Shown: positions 39,001 to 48,694, counted from the stretch's first letter. The stretch: 64,000 nucleotides of DNA from an uncultured Eubacteriales bacterium (GCA_934486455.1 CAKSPR010000004.1:2283-66282), one strand, 5' to 3'. Notes: a model not told the origin generated them from the sequence alone. A program made the numbers and translations.

Positions 39001-39858
39001 TTATTTTGCGGAGTTTCTCTTTCCCTCGTCGGGATTTATGTGTATGTCAAGCTGGTCGAAGGGTATCTGAATATTTTCCTGGGCATAAATATCCTGGGTT
39101 ATGCCGAGAAGAATTCTTCTTGCAAGGCGGTGATTTTCCGGCGGACACACCGTTTTTATGAGATAGGAAATACTGCTGCTTCCGAATTCGTTTGTCCCGA
39201 GGAACTCACAGTCCTCAATGCTCTCCCGCTTTTCGGCCTCCCTGCAGATTTCCTCCATTATCCTTCTCATGCGGTCGGCCGGCTCGGTATAGGGAGCGGG
39301 AATATTGACATAGAAGTTGTCAGACAGAACGGTCATCTCGGAAATATTGCGGTTGCTGACGGTCAGCACGTCTCCGGTGCAGATGTCCTTTATGCGGGTG
39401 ACCCTTATGTTGAAGGAAATTACCTTTCCCACAACATCTCCGTATTTAACGGTGTCTCCCACAACAAAAAAGTGGTCGAGCATGATGTTATTGCCCATGA
39501 CAAAGTCCTTTAAAACATCCTGTAAGGCAAATCCCACCACAATGCTCATGACGCCGAGGCCCGTCACAAGCCCCGAGACATTGACCCCGTTTATTTCGAG
39601 AACGGTTATAAAGGCAATAAGGAAGACAACATATTTTGCCGCAGAAAAGACAAAACGGGCGTTGGTCTCCTTTTTTCCGTCGATATGGGTGCTGCCCACC
39701 ACGCGGCTTTTAAATTTCTTTAAAAGCAAAGCCGCCAAAAGGGCAACGGCCACGACAACTATGCTTCCCCAGAATCTTCCCGATGTAAAAAATTCGGTCA
39801 GTTTTTCCAAAACCGCCCTCCCCTTTCCGAAAAGGTCGTCGCTAAAAAAGCCTTTCAA
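39001..39858 (-). CDS. mscS: Small-conductance mechanosensitive channel (MscS family)
   Basis: Transmembrane N-terminus and an MscS beta-domain pattern. TTG start with RBS GGAGGTG. Confidence 0.8.
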   Translation of the reverse strand: MKGFFSDDLFGKGRAVLEKLTEFFTSGRFWGSIVVVAVALLAALLLKKFKSRVVGSTHIDGKKETNARFVFSAAKYVVFLIAFITVLEINGVNVSGLVTGLGVMSIVVGFALQDVLKDFVMGNNIMLDHFFVVGDTVKYGDVVGKVISFNIRVTRIKDICTGDVLTVSNRNISEMTVLSDNFYVNIPAPYTEPADRMRRIMEEICREAEKRESIEDCEFLGTNEFGSSSISYLIKTVCPPENHRLARRILLGITQDIYAQENIQIPFDQLDIHINPDEGKRNSAK

Positions 39859-39872
39859 AAAAGCACCTCCAC

Positions 39873-39901
39873 ATTATATCATTACATCCCGCTTTTATCA
39901 A
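39873..39901 (-). promoter_or_regulatory. Promoter of mscS: TTGATA, 17-nt spacer, TATAAT
   Basis: On the minus strand the sequence is ttgataaaagcgggatgtaatgatataat. Confidence 0.5.
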
Positions 39902-40026
39902 TATGTTTATTAAAAAAAGGACGGCGAAATTCTTATGCCGCCGTCAAAAAAGTCCGCTCTGTTTCAAAAAAACGCTCTTTATCTTCTTTTTGCTCAAAAA
40001 AAATCACAATTTTTTGCTTAAAAGAC

Positions 40027-40055
40027 TTGAAAATTTTTTCCCGATTGTGTATTAT
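40027..40055 (+). promoter_or_regulatory. Promoter of the PucR/CdaR-type regulator gene: TTGAAA, 17-nt spacer, TATTAT
   Basis: The sequence is ttgaaaattttttcccgattgtgtattat. Confidence 0.5.
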
Positions 40056-40124
40056 GTATAATGTCTAAGGTTATTGGAAACAGAAAATCGTCATTTTAAT
40101 GGCAAGGATAAGGAGAATAACAGA

Positions 40125-41210
40125 ATGTCAAACAGACTTTTTCAGGGAATCGTTCATCAAATGAGCCAGTCCATCGAGCGCACCATCGGCATCATAGATG
40201 AAACCTCCGCCGTAATAGCCTCCAGCGACCTTTCAAGGGTGGGGGAAACGGTGGACATTGATTTTGCGGAGCTTGTTGCCTCGGAAATTCCGGTGGTCAT
40301 AGGCGACTATACCTATTTCGGCTTTGGCACTATGGGACACAACGAATATGCCGTGTGCGTCGAGGGAAACGACGCTCAGGCCTCCAAATATGCATCGTTG
40401 CTTTCTGTTTCTCTTTCTTCGGTAAAGCAGTATTACGACGAAAAGCACGACCGCGCCAACTTTATCAAAAACGTCATACTGGACAACATTCTTCCCGGCG
40501 ACATTTACCTTAAATCCCGCGAGCTTCACTTTGTGGCCGAGATTTCCAGAGTGGTCATGCTCATCAGAATAGTCAGCCGCAACGACGTTTCGGTTTACGA
40601 GGTGGTTCAAAAGCTCTTCCCCGACAAGCACAAGGATTTTGTCATCAACATCAACGAGACCGACATTGCCCTTGTTAAGGAAGTGCCCGAAGAGATCGAA
40701 ACCAAGGATCTCGAAAATCTCGCCCGTTCGATAGTCGATACCCTTTCAAGCGAATTTTATACCCACGCCGTGGTCGGAATCGGCACCAAGGTCACCGGCG
40801 TTAAGGATCTTGCCCGCTCCTTTAAGGAGGCCAACGTGGCTCTTGAGGTCGGCAAGGTATTCGACAACGAAAAGGCCATCGTAAGCTGTGAAAGCCTCGG
40901 CATTGCCAGACTTATCTATCAGCTTCCGACCACCCTTTGCGAATCCTTCCTTCGTGAGGTATTTAAAAAGGATTCCATCGAAAGCCTCGATCAGGAGACC
41001 CTTTTCACCATTCAGCGGTTTTTCGACAATAATCTCAATGTTTCCGAAACCTCAAGAAAGCTGTTTGTCCACCGCAACACCCTTGTCTACCGTCTTGAAA
41101 AGATCAAAAAGCTCACCGGCCTCGACCTGAGAGAGTTTGACCATGCCATCGTCTTTAAAATCGCCCTTATGGTCAACAAATACCTCAGCGCCAACCCGGT
41201 TAAATATTAA
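40125..41210 (+). CDS. PucR/CdaR-family transcriptional regulator (sugar-diacid regulator-like)
   Basis: C-terminal PucR-type HTH (LNVSETSRKLFVHRNTLVYRLEKI). RBS AAGGAG precedes the ATG at 40125. Confidence 0.75.
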   Translation: MSNRLFQGIVHQMSQSIERTIGIIDETSAVIASSDLSRVGETVDIDFAELVASEIPVVIGDYTYFGFGTMGHNEYAVCVEGNDAQASKYASLLSVSLSSVKQYYDEKHDRANFIKNVILDNILPGDIYLKSRELHFVAEISRVVMLIRIVSRNDVSVYEVVQKLFPDKHKDFVININETDIALVKEVPEEIETKDLENLARSIVDTLSSEFYTHAVVGIGTKVTGVKDLARSFKEANVALEVGKVFDNEKAIVSCESLGIARLIYQLPTTLCESFLREVFKKDSIESLDQETLFTIQRFFDNNLNVSETSRKLFVHRNTLVYRLEKIKKLTGLDLREFDHAIVFKIALMVNKYLSANPVKY

Positions 41211-41277
41211 TTTGACCACGCATTTAAAATTCTTCAAAAGAATTTTTACCGACCTGTTTATTTCGCAGTTCCAAAAA

Positions 41278-41313
41278 GCCCCTGTTGACAATCAGGGGCT
41301 TTTGTGATATTCT
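41278..41313 (+). promoter_or_regulatory. Terminator hairpin gcccctg-ttgacaat-caggggc with a U-run that overlaps a TTGACA, 17-nt spacer, TATTCT promoter
   Basis: The hairpin loop contains the -35 hexamer. This element would terminate the regulator gene and start the ftsE leader. Confidence 0.55.
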
Positions 41314-41574
41314 ATTGTTACAAAGTTGTAACCGTAACTTGTGCTCTTTTTCGCACAATTTTCTTAACCATAACGCACACATACAAACACGGTTCCGGCG
41401 GAGAAAATTTCTTCGGTCCGAATGTGCGCGGTAGTGAAGAATTTTCGGTGAAAAGGAGCTCACAAGGCTTTATGCCGCTGTGCGGCGACAATCCGAAAAG
41501 CACCGTAGGCAGGCCGTTTCAGGCGTGTTCCGATATGTGTGTTACGGTTAAAATCCGAAGGGATAGTGATTTTT
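41314..41574 (+). ncRNA. Long (~260 nt) GC-rich 5' leader of ftsEX. It is a candidate cis-regulatory RNA of unknown class.
   Basis: There is no ORF with an RBS in this stretch. Several internal complementarities are visible by eye. Confidence 0.3.
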
Positions 41575-42801
41575 ATGCCAAGCAATTCTTCCTCTGCTCC
41601 ACTTATAGAATTCCGCGGTGTTTACAAGGCCTACGACAACGGCACAAAGGCCTTAAATGATGTCAACCTTAAAATAAACAAGGGCGAGTTTGTTTTCGTC
41701 GTGGGCGCATCGGGCGCCGGTAAAAGTACCTTTATCAAAATGATAATGCACGAGGAAAAGCCCAATGCCGGCGAGATTGTGGTGGGAAAATATAAAATGT
41801 CCCGCCTTAAAGCCAAGGATGTTCCCAAGCTTCGCAGAACCATGGGAATTGTTTTTCAGGATTTCCGCCTTATAAAGGAAAAGACGGTGTTTGAGAACGT
41901 CGCCTTTGCCATGCACATCATGGGCGCCTCCAAAAGAGAAATCAGACGCAGGGTTTCCTACACGCTGAACATCGTGGGGCTGACCGAAAAGGCCAGATGC
42001 TACCCCACCGAGCTTTCGGGCGGCGAGCAGCAGCGTGTGGCTCTTGCCAGAGCCCTTGTAAACAACCCCGCCATGATACTGGCCGACGAGCCTACGGGAA
42101 ATGTTGACCCCAACATGTCTTACGAGATCGTTTCCCTGCTCAACGAGATAAATAAGCGGGGCACCACCATTATTATGGTCACCCACGAGCATCATCTCGT
42201 CCGCGACTTCGGACACAGGGTCATTATGATAGAAAACGGCTCGATAGTGGCCGACAACGAGATCGAGCCCGTTATCGTCAACCCCGAGGACATCGCAGAA
42301 AAGGCCTCCATGTTCACCAAGGACGCCGCCTCGTCCATACACATTCCCTCGGGAATTATCATGGACGACGCAGCAGACGATGTCTTTGATTCCGCCGACG
42401 GTGCCGGCGAAAACGAATTTGCTTCCCCGTCTCCCGACAGTCAGGGCGGCAGCGAGGGGTATCGTTCAAGCGAACAGGACATAATGTCCTTTGCAAAGCC
42501 CCGTTCCGTCGTTTCTTCGGAAGACGGAGCAGATGTCGGCTTAAACGACAGCATAGATGAGATTTTAAGACAGGCTCTCCCTAAAAAAGACGACGGCAAG
42601 GCGGGCGACACCGACGAGGGCTCTGCCTCCGCAATTGGCGCAAGACCCGCAGCCGCCGCAGACAGTGCGGAGGATCGACCCGCCGCAGACAGCGCCCGCG
42701 GGGAAAACAGCGGCGACGACGAGGCTCCGATGCTTTCCTTCGCCGATGCAATCAGCGCCTTTGCCGAAAACGCAAACAAAAACGAGGAGGGTGACCGATA
42801 A
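41575..42801 (+). CDS. ftsE: Cell-division ABC transporter ATPase FtsE with a ~190 aa acidic, low-complexity C-terminal extension
   Basis: Walker A motif GASGAGKST, ABC signature LSGGEQQRV and Walker B motif ILADEPTGNVD. The frame stays open through a D/E/S/A-rich tail up to the ftsX overlap. Confidence 0.85.
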   Translation: MPSNSSSAPLIEFRGVYKAYDNGTKALNDVNLKINKGEFVFVVGASGAGKSTFIKMIMHEEKPNAGEIVVGKYKMSRLKAKDVPKLRRTMGIVFQDFRLIKEKTVFENVAFAMHIMGASKREIRRRVSYTLNIVGLTEKARCYPTELSGGEQQRVALARALVNNPAMILADEPTGNVDPNMSYEIVSLLNEINKRGTTIIMVTHEHHLVRDFGHRVIMIENGSIVADNEIEPVIVNPEDIAEKASMFTKDAASSIHIPSGIIMDDAADDVFDSADGAGENEFASPSPDSQGGSEGYRSSEQDIMSFAKPRSVVSSEDGADVGLNDSIDEILRQALPKKDDGKAGDTDEGSASAIGARPAAAADSAEDRPAADSARGENSGDDEAPMLSFADAISAFAENANKNEEGDR

Positions 42802-43721
42802 TGAAACTGAGAACCTTCCGTTACCTTCTTTCCGAAGGCTTTAAAAATGTGTGGTCCCACCGTCTTATGTCGGTGGCTTCCTCGGGCGTGCTTATGGCCT
42901 GTATGCTCATGATCGGAATTGTTTTTTCCATTTCGGCAAATATAGACAACTATGTTTCGGAAATACAGAAAAACGCCGTCGTAATGGCCTTTTTCAAGGA
43001 TGATGTTTCGAGGGAGGACGCTTTGGCGGCCACCGAATCCATAAAAAATCTCGACAACATAAGCAGTGTTAAATTCATTTCCAAGGAAGAGGGTCTTTCG
43101 AACCAGGAGGACTCCATGGGCGAGGAATACAAAGAGATTTTCGCCATTCTTCAAAACGACAATCCCCTTCCCGACGGTGTTCAGATAACCATTTCCGACC
43201 TTGAACAGTACAATCAAACGGTGGAATCCATACGGGCCGTAAACGGAATAGACATCATCCGCCAGCGGGGAGACTATGTTGACCGGCTTGTGGCCATTCG
43301 CTCGGTCATCAGCATAATCGGCACGGGAGTTATTCTGCTGCTGCTCATCATTTCATTGGCCATTGTTTCAAACACAATCAAGATAACAATGTTCACCCGC
43401 AAGCTTGAGATAAACATTATGAAGGCGGTGGGAGCCACCAATCGGTTTATCCGCACCCCCTTTGTTATAGAGGGTATGCTTCTCGGCATAATCGCGGGCG
43501 TCGTCTCAACAGGCTTTCTCTACTTCATCTATAAGCTTGCGGAACAGACCCTCACGAGCTCCTTCTCGGGGCTTGGCGCGTTTGTGCCCTTCACCAAATT
43601 TGCTTTCCCGCTTCTCGGAGCGTTCATATTAATGGGTGCCCTTGTGGGGTCTATCGGAAGCGCCATTTCAATCGGAAAATATTTAAGACACGAAGGGAGC
43701 GAGTTCAATGCAATCTTCTAA
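42801..43721 (+). CDS. ftsX: Cell-division permease-like protein FtsX
   Basis: FtsX topology with a large extracellular loop and three C-terminal transmembrane segments. It overlaps the ftsE stop. Confidence 0.85.
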   Translation: MKLRTFRYLLSEGFKNVWSHRLMSVASSGVLMACMLMIGIVFSISANIDNYVSEIQKNAVVMAFFKDDVSREDALAATESIKNLDNISSVKFISKEEGLSNQEDSMGEEYKEIFAILQNDNPLPDGVQITISDLEQYNQTVESIRAVNGIDIIRQRGDYVDRLVAIRSVISIIGTGVILLLLIISLAIVSNTIKITMFTRKLEINIMKAVGATNRFIRTPFVIEGMLLGIIAGVVSTGFLYFIYKLAEQTLTSSFSGLGAFVPFTKFAFPLLGAFILMGALVGSIGSAISIGKYLRHEGSEFNAIF

Positions 43722-44916
43722 GTTAAATTCGGGCAAACTGAAAATTGTGAAAACGGCCGTTTCTTTTATTCTGACTCTTTCGCTTGTAATGACCTGCTTT
43801 TCGGCGAATTTTCTTTCGGCCGGGGCCGCAAGCTACCGCGAAAAGATAAACGAGCTTGAAGGCAAGCAGGCCAAGGTTAAGGAGCAGATAAACAGCCTTA
43901 AAAGCGACATAAGCGACCGGGAAAAGCTTAAAGACGCACTTCAGCAGGAGATCGACACGGTGCAGGCGCAGATCGATGTTTATAACGGTCAGCTTACCGA
44001 GGTTGAAAACCGCCTTTCTCAGATCGAGGCTCAAAAGGTGCAAAAGCAAAACGACCTTGAAAGCACAAAGCAGACCTTTATGACCCGCCTTCGCGCCATG
44101 TATGTGTCGGGAGACAATTCCATGCTCAACGTGCTTCTTTCGGCCAACGATTTCGGCGATTTTCTTTATCGCGATCAGCTTCTTTCCAGCGTTACCGATC
44201 ACGACAACGCCATTATGGAACAGCTCAAGGCCGACATAAAGTCGGTTGAGGAGCTGGAAGCTCAGGCAAACGAAGAAAAGCAGGAAATACAGTCCATTAA
44301 ATCCGAGGTCGACGCAAAGCGTTCCGAGCTCGGCGACCGTATGAAGGAAATGAACGCGGTTATCTCCGACCTTGAGGGTCAGAAATCCGGCCTTGAGGAT
44401 CAGCTGGACGAATATGCCGCCGCCATCGACGAATTTGAGGCCAAAATTCAGGCCGAAGCCGCCGCGGCAGCAAAAAAGAACAACAGTTCTTCATCCCAAA
44501 GCCCGTCTTACAGCGGAGGCTCTCCCAATGCAGGCGGATGGGTGTGGCCCTGCCCCGGATTTTACTACATATCCTCTTATGTGGGTCCCCGCTGGGGAAG
44601 AACCCATAACGGCCTTGACATTGCCGGAGGAAGCATATACGGAAAGCCCATTGTTGCAGCCCGTGCCGGAACGGTCATCGACGCAGGCTGGAACAGCGGC
44701 GGATACGGCAACTATGTCATGATAAACCACGGCGACGGATTCATCACAATATACGGCCATATGTCAAGCGTTGCCGCCTATAACGGCCAGTCGGTTTCGG
44801 CAGGGCAGGTTATAGGATATGTGGGCAATTCCGGCCGCTCTACCGGTCCTCATCTTCACTTTGAGGTAAGGCTCAACGGCAGTGTGGAAGACCCTCTCAA
44901 CTATGTCAGCCGCTGA
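43708..44916 (+). CDS. Coiled-coil M23-family peptidoglycan metalloendopeptidase (EnvC/PcsB-like partner of FtsEX)
   Basis: Signal peptide, a coiled-coil segment of about 230 aa, then an M23 domain with HxxxD and HLHFE motifs. Confidence 0.8.
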   Translation: MQSSKLNSGKLKIVKTAVSFILTLSLVMTCFSANFLSAGAASYREKINELEGKQAKVKEQINSLKSDISDREKLKDALQQEIDTVQAQIDVYNGQLTEVENRLSQIEAQKVQKQNDLESTKQTFMTRLRAMYVSGDNSMLNVLLSANDFGDFLYRDQLLSSVTDHDNAIMEQLKADIKSVEELEAQANEEKQEIQSIKSEVDAKRSELGDRMKEMNAVISDLEGQKSGLEDQLDEYAAAIDEFEAKIQAEAAAAAKKNNSSSSQSPSYSGGSPNAGGWVWPCPGFYYISSYVGPRWGRTHNGLDIAGGSIYGKPIVAARAGTVIDAGWNSGGYGNYVMINHGDGFITIYGHMSSVAAYNGQSVSAGQVIGYVGNSGRSTGPHLHFEVRLNGSVEDPLNYVSR

Positions 44917-45031
44917 GCGAAAACAGCAAAAATCCGCAGTAGAAGTTTTTTGACTTTCCGCTTGTGATTTTTGGTAATTTGCCGAAAGGCATTTGCAAAA
45001 ATCTGATTTTTGCCGATATTTTAAATGAAAT

Positions 45032-45096
45032 ATTACCGACAGTATTAATTTCCTCGATTTTTCGATGCGCAATTTGACTGTCGGTAATTTTTTTTG
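45032..45096 (+). terminator. Perfect 12-bp inverted repeat ATTACCGACAGT...ACTGTCGGTAAT with a 33-nt loop, followed by T8. It is a terminator of the ftsEX-M23 operon and possibly also a regulatory site.
   Basis: Seen directly in the sequence. A third CCGACAG copy lies at about 45165. Confidence 0.55.
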
Positions 45097-45116
45097 AATT
45101 TTTTGTGACTTCCCCG

Positions 45117-45145
45117 TTGTATTTCGGCGGTGATTATGATATAAT
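45117..45145 (+). promoter_or_regulatory. Promoter of livHMGF: TTGTAT, 17-nt spacer, TATAAT
   Basis: The sequence is ttgtatttcggcggtgattatgatataat. Confidence 0.55.
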
Positions 45146-45198
45146 CCCTTTATATAAAAATGTCCTGTTATCCGACAGACAAACAGAGGTGTATACAT

Positions 45199-46080
45199 TT
45201 GGATTTCTTATCAAATCTCATAAACGGCCTGAGCCTCGGAAGTATATATGCGGTTATCGCCCTTGGTTACACAATGGTTTACGGTATTGCAAAAATGCTT
45301 AACTTTGCTCACGGCGATGTTATAATGGTGGGCGGATACATAGTTTTCTCGGCCACTTCATATGCGGGACTCAACCCATATGTGGCGGTGCTCATCTCGA
45401 TTATCTTCTGTACGCTCCTCGGTATGACCATCGAGCGGGTGGCTTACAAGCCGCTGAGAAATGCCTCTCCCCTTGCGGTGCTTATAACCGCCATCGGAGT
45501 GAGCTACCTGCTTCAAAACCTTGCTCTTCTCGTTTTCGGCGCACAGCCCAAGAACTTTACTTCGGTGGTTCCTCTCGAATCCATAAAGCTTTTCGACGGA
45601 CAGCTCGTCATCTCGGGCGAGGCCATTGTCACAATTGCCGTAACGGTCATCATAATGATTGCGCTTGTACTGTTCATAAATAAAACCCGTCCCGGCAACG
45701 CCATGCGGGCGGTTTCGGAAGACAGAGGCGCCGCTCAGCTTATGGGCGTTAATGTTAACGGAACCATTGCTCTCACCTTTGCCATCGGCTCGGGCCTTGC
45801 GGCTGTGGCCGGCGTGCTGCTCTGCTCGACCTATTCAAACCTTTCTTCCACAACCGGCGCAATGCCCGGAATCAAGGCCTTTGTCGCGGCGGTTTTCGGC
45901 GGCATCGGTTCTATTCCCGGCGCCATGATAGGCGGCGTGCTCATCGGTATAATCGAAATTCTGGGCAGAGCATACATTTCTTCTCAGATGGCCGATGCCA
46001 TAGTTTTTGCCGTGCTGATAATCGTTCTGGTGGTCAAGCCTACCGGTATTCTCGGCAAGAAAATTGACGAAAAGGTTTAA
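45199..46080 (+). CDS. livH: Branched-chain amino acid ABC transporter permease
   Basis: LivH-like N-terminus (M)DFLSNLINGLSLGSIYAVIALG. TTG start with RBS AGAGGTG. Confidence 0.85.
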   Translation: MDFLSNLINGLSLGSIYAVIALGYTMVYGIAKMLNFAHGDVIMVGGYIVFSATSYAGLNPYVAVLISIIFCTLLGMTIERVAYKPLRNASPLAVLITAIGVSYLLQNLALLVFGAQPKNFTSVVPLESIKLFDGQLVISGEAIVTIAVTVIIMIALVLFINKTRPGNAMRAVSEDRGAAQLMGVNVNGTIALTFAIGSGLAAVAGVLLCSTYSNLSSTTGAMPGIKAFVAAVFGGIGSIPGAMIGGVLIGIIEILGRAYISSQMADAIVFAVLIIVLVVKPTGILGKKIDEKV

Positions 46081-46094
46081 GGAGGTCGGAAGTT

Positions 46095-47189
46095 TTGAAA
46101 AGCAAACTGTTAAAGCCATATACCAAAAGCAACTTCATCACCTACGGCATCCTGCTTGCGGCCTTCGTGATAATGCAGACCCTTTATTCAACCGGCAATC
46201 TTAAAAGCATGACCAAGGGACTTCTTGTTCCCATTTGTATGTACATCATTCTTGCCGTCTCCCTTAATCTGACGGTGGGTATCCTCGGAGAATTGAGCCT
46301 CGGCCACGCAGGATTTATGTGTATCGGCGCTTATACCAGCTCGATTTTTTCGGTGGTTATGCAGCATTCCATCCCCGAAAGCTACATCAGATTTCCCCTT
46401 GCACTGCTTATCGGCGGAATTTTCGCCGCCGTTTTCGGCGTGCTCATCGGAATCCCCGTTCTCCGTCTTAAGGGCGACTACCTTGCGATTGTTACCCTCG
46501 CCTTCGGAGAAATTATTCAGAACTTTGCAAAATCCATCTATCTCGGCTATGATAAAAACGGCATACATGCCTCTCTGACCTCGGCCACCGACATGGGTCT
46601 TGACCCGGTGGACGGCACCCTTCTGATAAACGGCCCCCAGGGAATTGAGGGCACCCCCCACGATTCAAACTTTATCGTTGGATTTATTCTCGTATTTCTC
46701 ACCGTAGTGATTTGCCTCAACTTTATCCATTCCCGCTCGGGACGGGCGGTCATGGCCATCCGCGACAACCGCATTGCGGCCGAATCAATCGGTATAAATG
46801 TCGCCAAATATAAGCTCATTGCCTTCTCTCTTTCGGCATTCCTTGCCGGAATCGCCGGTGTTCTTTATTCCCACAACCTAAGCATTTTGGCCGCATCCTC
46901 CAAAAACTTCGGCTATAATATGTCGATAATGATACTGGTCTTTGTGGTGCTCGGCGGAATGGGAAATATCCGCGGTTCGATAATCGCCGCAACCATTTTG
47001 ACCGTACTGCCCGAGGTGCTTCGCGAGGTGGCCGACTACCGTATGCTTATCTACGCTTTGGCTCTCATCATTATGATGATATTTACCTCAAACGAAACAC
47101 TCATCGGCTATCGCCGGAGAGTCTTCGGGGCGGTTAAAAAAATCTTTGCAGGAAACAAGAAGGAGGCGGCTGATAATGTCAATGCTTAA
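46095..47189 (+). CDS. livM: Branched-chain amino acid ABC transporter permease
   Basis: LivM-like transmembrane protein. TTG start with RBS GGAGG. Confidence 0.8.
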   Translation: MKSKLLKPYTKSNFITYGILLAAFVIMQTLYSTGNLKSMTKGLLVPICMYIILAVSLNLTVGILGELSLGHAGFMCIGAYTSSIFSVVMQHSIPESYIRFPLALLIGGIFAAVFGVLIGIPVLRLKGDYLAIVTLAFGEIIQNFAKSIYLGYDKNGIHASLTSATDMGLDPVDGTLLINGPQGIEGTPHDSNFIVGFILVFLTVVICLNFIHSRSGRAVMAIRDNRIAAESIGINVAKYKLIAFSLSAFLAGIAGVLYSHNLSILAASSKNFGYNMSIMILVFVVLGGMGNIRGSIIAATILTVLPEVLREVADYRMLIYALALIIMMIFTSNETLIGYRRRVFGAVKKIFAGNKKEAADNVNA

Positions 47190-47934
47190 GATAACAAATT
47201 TGGGCATTTCTTTCGGCGGTCTTCGCGCGGTAGACGACTTTAATGTCGAAATTGAAAAGGGTGAGCTTTACGGTCTCATCGGCCCTAACGGAGCGGGAAA
47301 AACCACCGTTTTCAACCTGCTTACCGGTGTTTACAAGCCCACCGACGGCACAATAATTCTTGACGGCAAGAACATAACCGGCAAATCCACCGCCGAAATA
47401 AACCACGAGGGCATCGCCCGCACATTCCAAAACATCCGTCTGTTCAAACAGCTTTCGGTAATGGACAATGTTAAGGCGGGACTTCACAACCGCTATAAAT
47501 ACTCGGTGGCCACCGGGGTATTGCGTCTGCCTAAATTTTTTAAAACCGAAAAAGAAATGGACAGAGCGGCCATGGAGCTTCTGAAGGTGTTCGATCTCGA
47601 TAAAGAGGCCTCCTACCTTGCCTCCAACCTGCCCTACGGTAAACAGAGAAAGCTTGAAATTGCCCGTGCCCTTGCCACAAACCCAAAGCTTCTTCTGCTC
47701 GATGAGCCGGCCGCCGGCATGAACCCCAACGAGACCCAGGAGCTTATGGACACCATCAGATATATCCGCGACAAATTTGACATGACCATTCTGCTTATCG
47801 AGCACGACATGCGCCTTGTCAGCGGAATTTGCGAAAAGCTGACCGTGCTCAACTTCGGTCAGGTGCTGGCCACCGGAACCACATCCGAGGTTCTTTCGGA
47901 TCCCGCGGTCATCACGGCATACCTGGGCGAATAG
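47176..47934 (+). CDS. livG: Branched-chain amino acid ABC transporter ATP-binding protein
   Basis: Walker A motif GPNGAGKTT and the LivG-specific insertion. RBS AAGGAGG precedes the start. Confidence 0.9.
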   Translation: MSMLKITNLGISFGGLRAVDDFNVEIEKGELYGLIGPNGAGKTTVFNLLTGVYKPTDGTIILDGKNITGKSTAEINHEGIARTFQNIRLFKQLSVMDNVKAGLHNRYKYSVATGVLRLPKFFKTEKEMDRAAMELLKVFDLDKEASYLASNLPYGKQRKLEIARALATNPKLLLLDEPAAGMNPNETQELMDTIRYIRDKFDMTILLIEHDMRLVSGICEKLTVLNFGQVLATGTTSEVLSDPAVITAYLGE

Positions 47935-47947
47935 GAGGAGAGAAATT

Positions 47948-48658
47948 ATGGCTATGCTTGAAGTAAGAGACCTTGAAGTCTACTATGGCGTTATCAAGGC
48001 CATTAAAGGAATCTCCTTTGATGTTAACGAGGGTGAAATAATCGCCCTTATCGGTGCAAACGGCGCCGGAAAAACCACCATTCTCCACACCGTTACCGGC
48101 CTTATCACCCCTAAGCACGGATCGATAACCTTTTCCGGTCACAATCTTCTTAAAACCCCCGCCCACAAGATTGTTTCGCTGGGAATGGCTCATGTTCCCG
48201 AGGGACGAAGGGTTTTTGCCCAGCTTTCGGTGCTTGAAAACCTGAAGCTCGGCGCATATACCCGCAGGGACGCCGACGAGATTGCCGACAGCCTTAAAAT
48301 GGTTTACAAGCGCTTCCCGAGACTTGAGGAGCGTAAAAATCAGTTGGCCGGAACCCTTTCGGGCGGCGAACAGCAGATGCTGGCCATGGGACGCGCACTT
48401 ATGTCCCGCCCCAAGATCATCCTTATGGATGAGCCTTCAATGGGTCTTTCGCCCATTCTGGTCAGCGAAATATTCAGCATAATTGAGGATATAAGCAAGG
48501 CCGGCACAACGGTTTTGCTTGTTGAACAAAATGCAAAAAAGGCCCTTGCCATTGCCGACCGCGCCTATGTTCTTGAAACGGGCAACATCACCCTCGAGGG
48601 CGATGCTCACGAGCTTGCGGACAACGACTCAGTTAAAAAGGCATATCTGGGCGAATAA
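47948..48658 (+). CDS. livF: Branched-chain amino acid ABC transporter ATP-binding protein
   Basis: Walker A motif GANGAGKTT and signature motif LSGGEQQM. Confidence 0.9.
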   Translation: MAMLEVRDLEVYYGVIKAIKGISFDVNEGEIIALIGANGAGKTTILHTVTGLITPKHGSITFSGHNLLKTPAHKIVSLGMAHVPEGRRVFAQLSVLENLKLGAYTRRDADEIADSLKMVYKRFPRLEERKNQLAGTLSGGEQQMLAMGRALMSRPKIILMDEPSMGLSPILVSEIFSIIEDISKAGTTVLLVEQNAKKALAIADRAYVLETGNITLEGDAHELADNDSVKKAYLGE

Positions 48659-48694
48659 TTTTATTAACTATATTTTCGGAAAGGTGGATGTTTT

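Noticed and set aside
44764-45302. ORFs 44764..45198 (minus) and 45105..45302 (plus)
   Set aside because: They overlap the M23 peptidase 3' end, the liv promoter and the livH start in other frames. Their composition is arbitrary and they are spurious.
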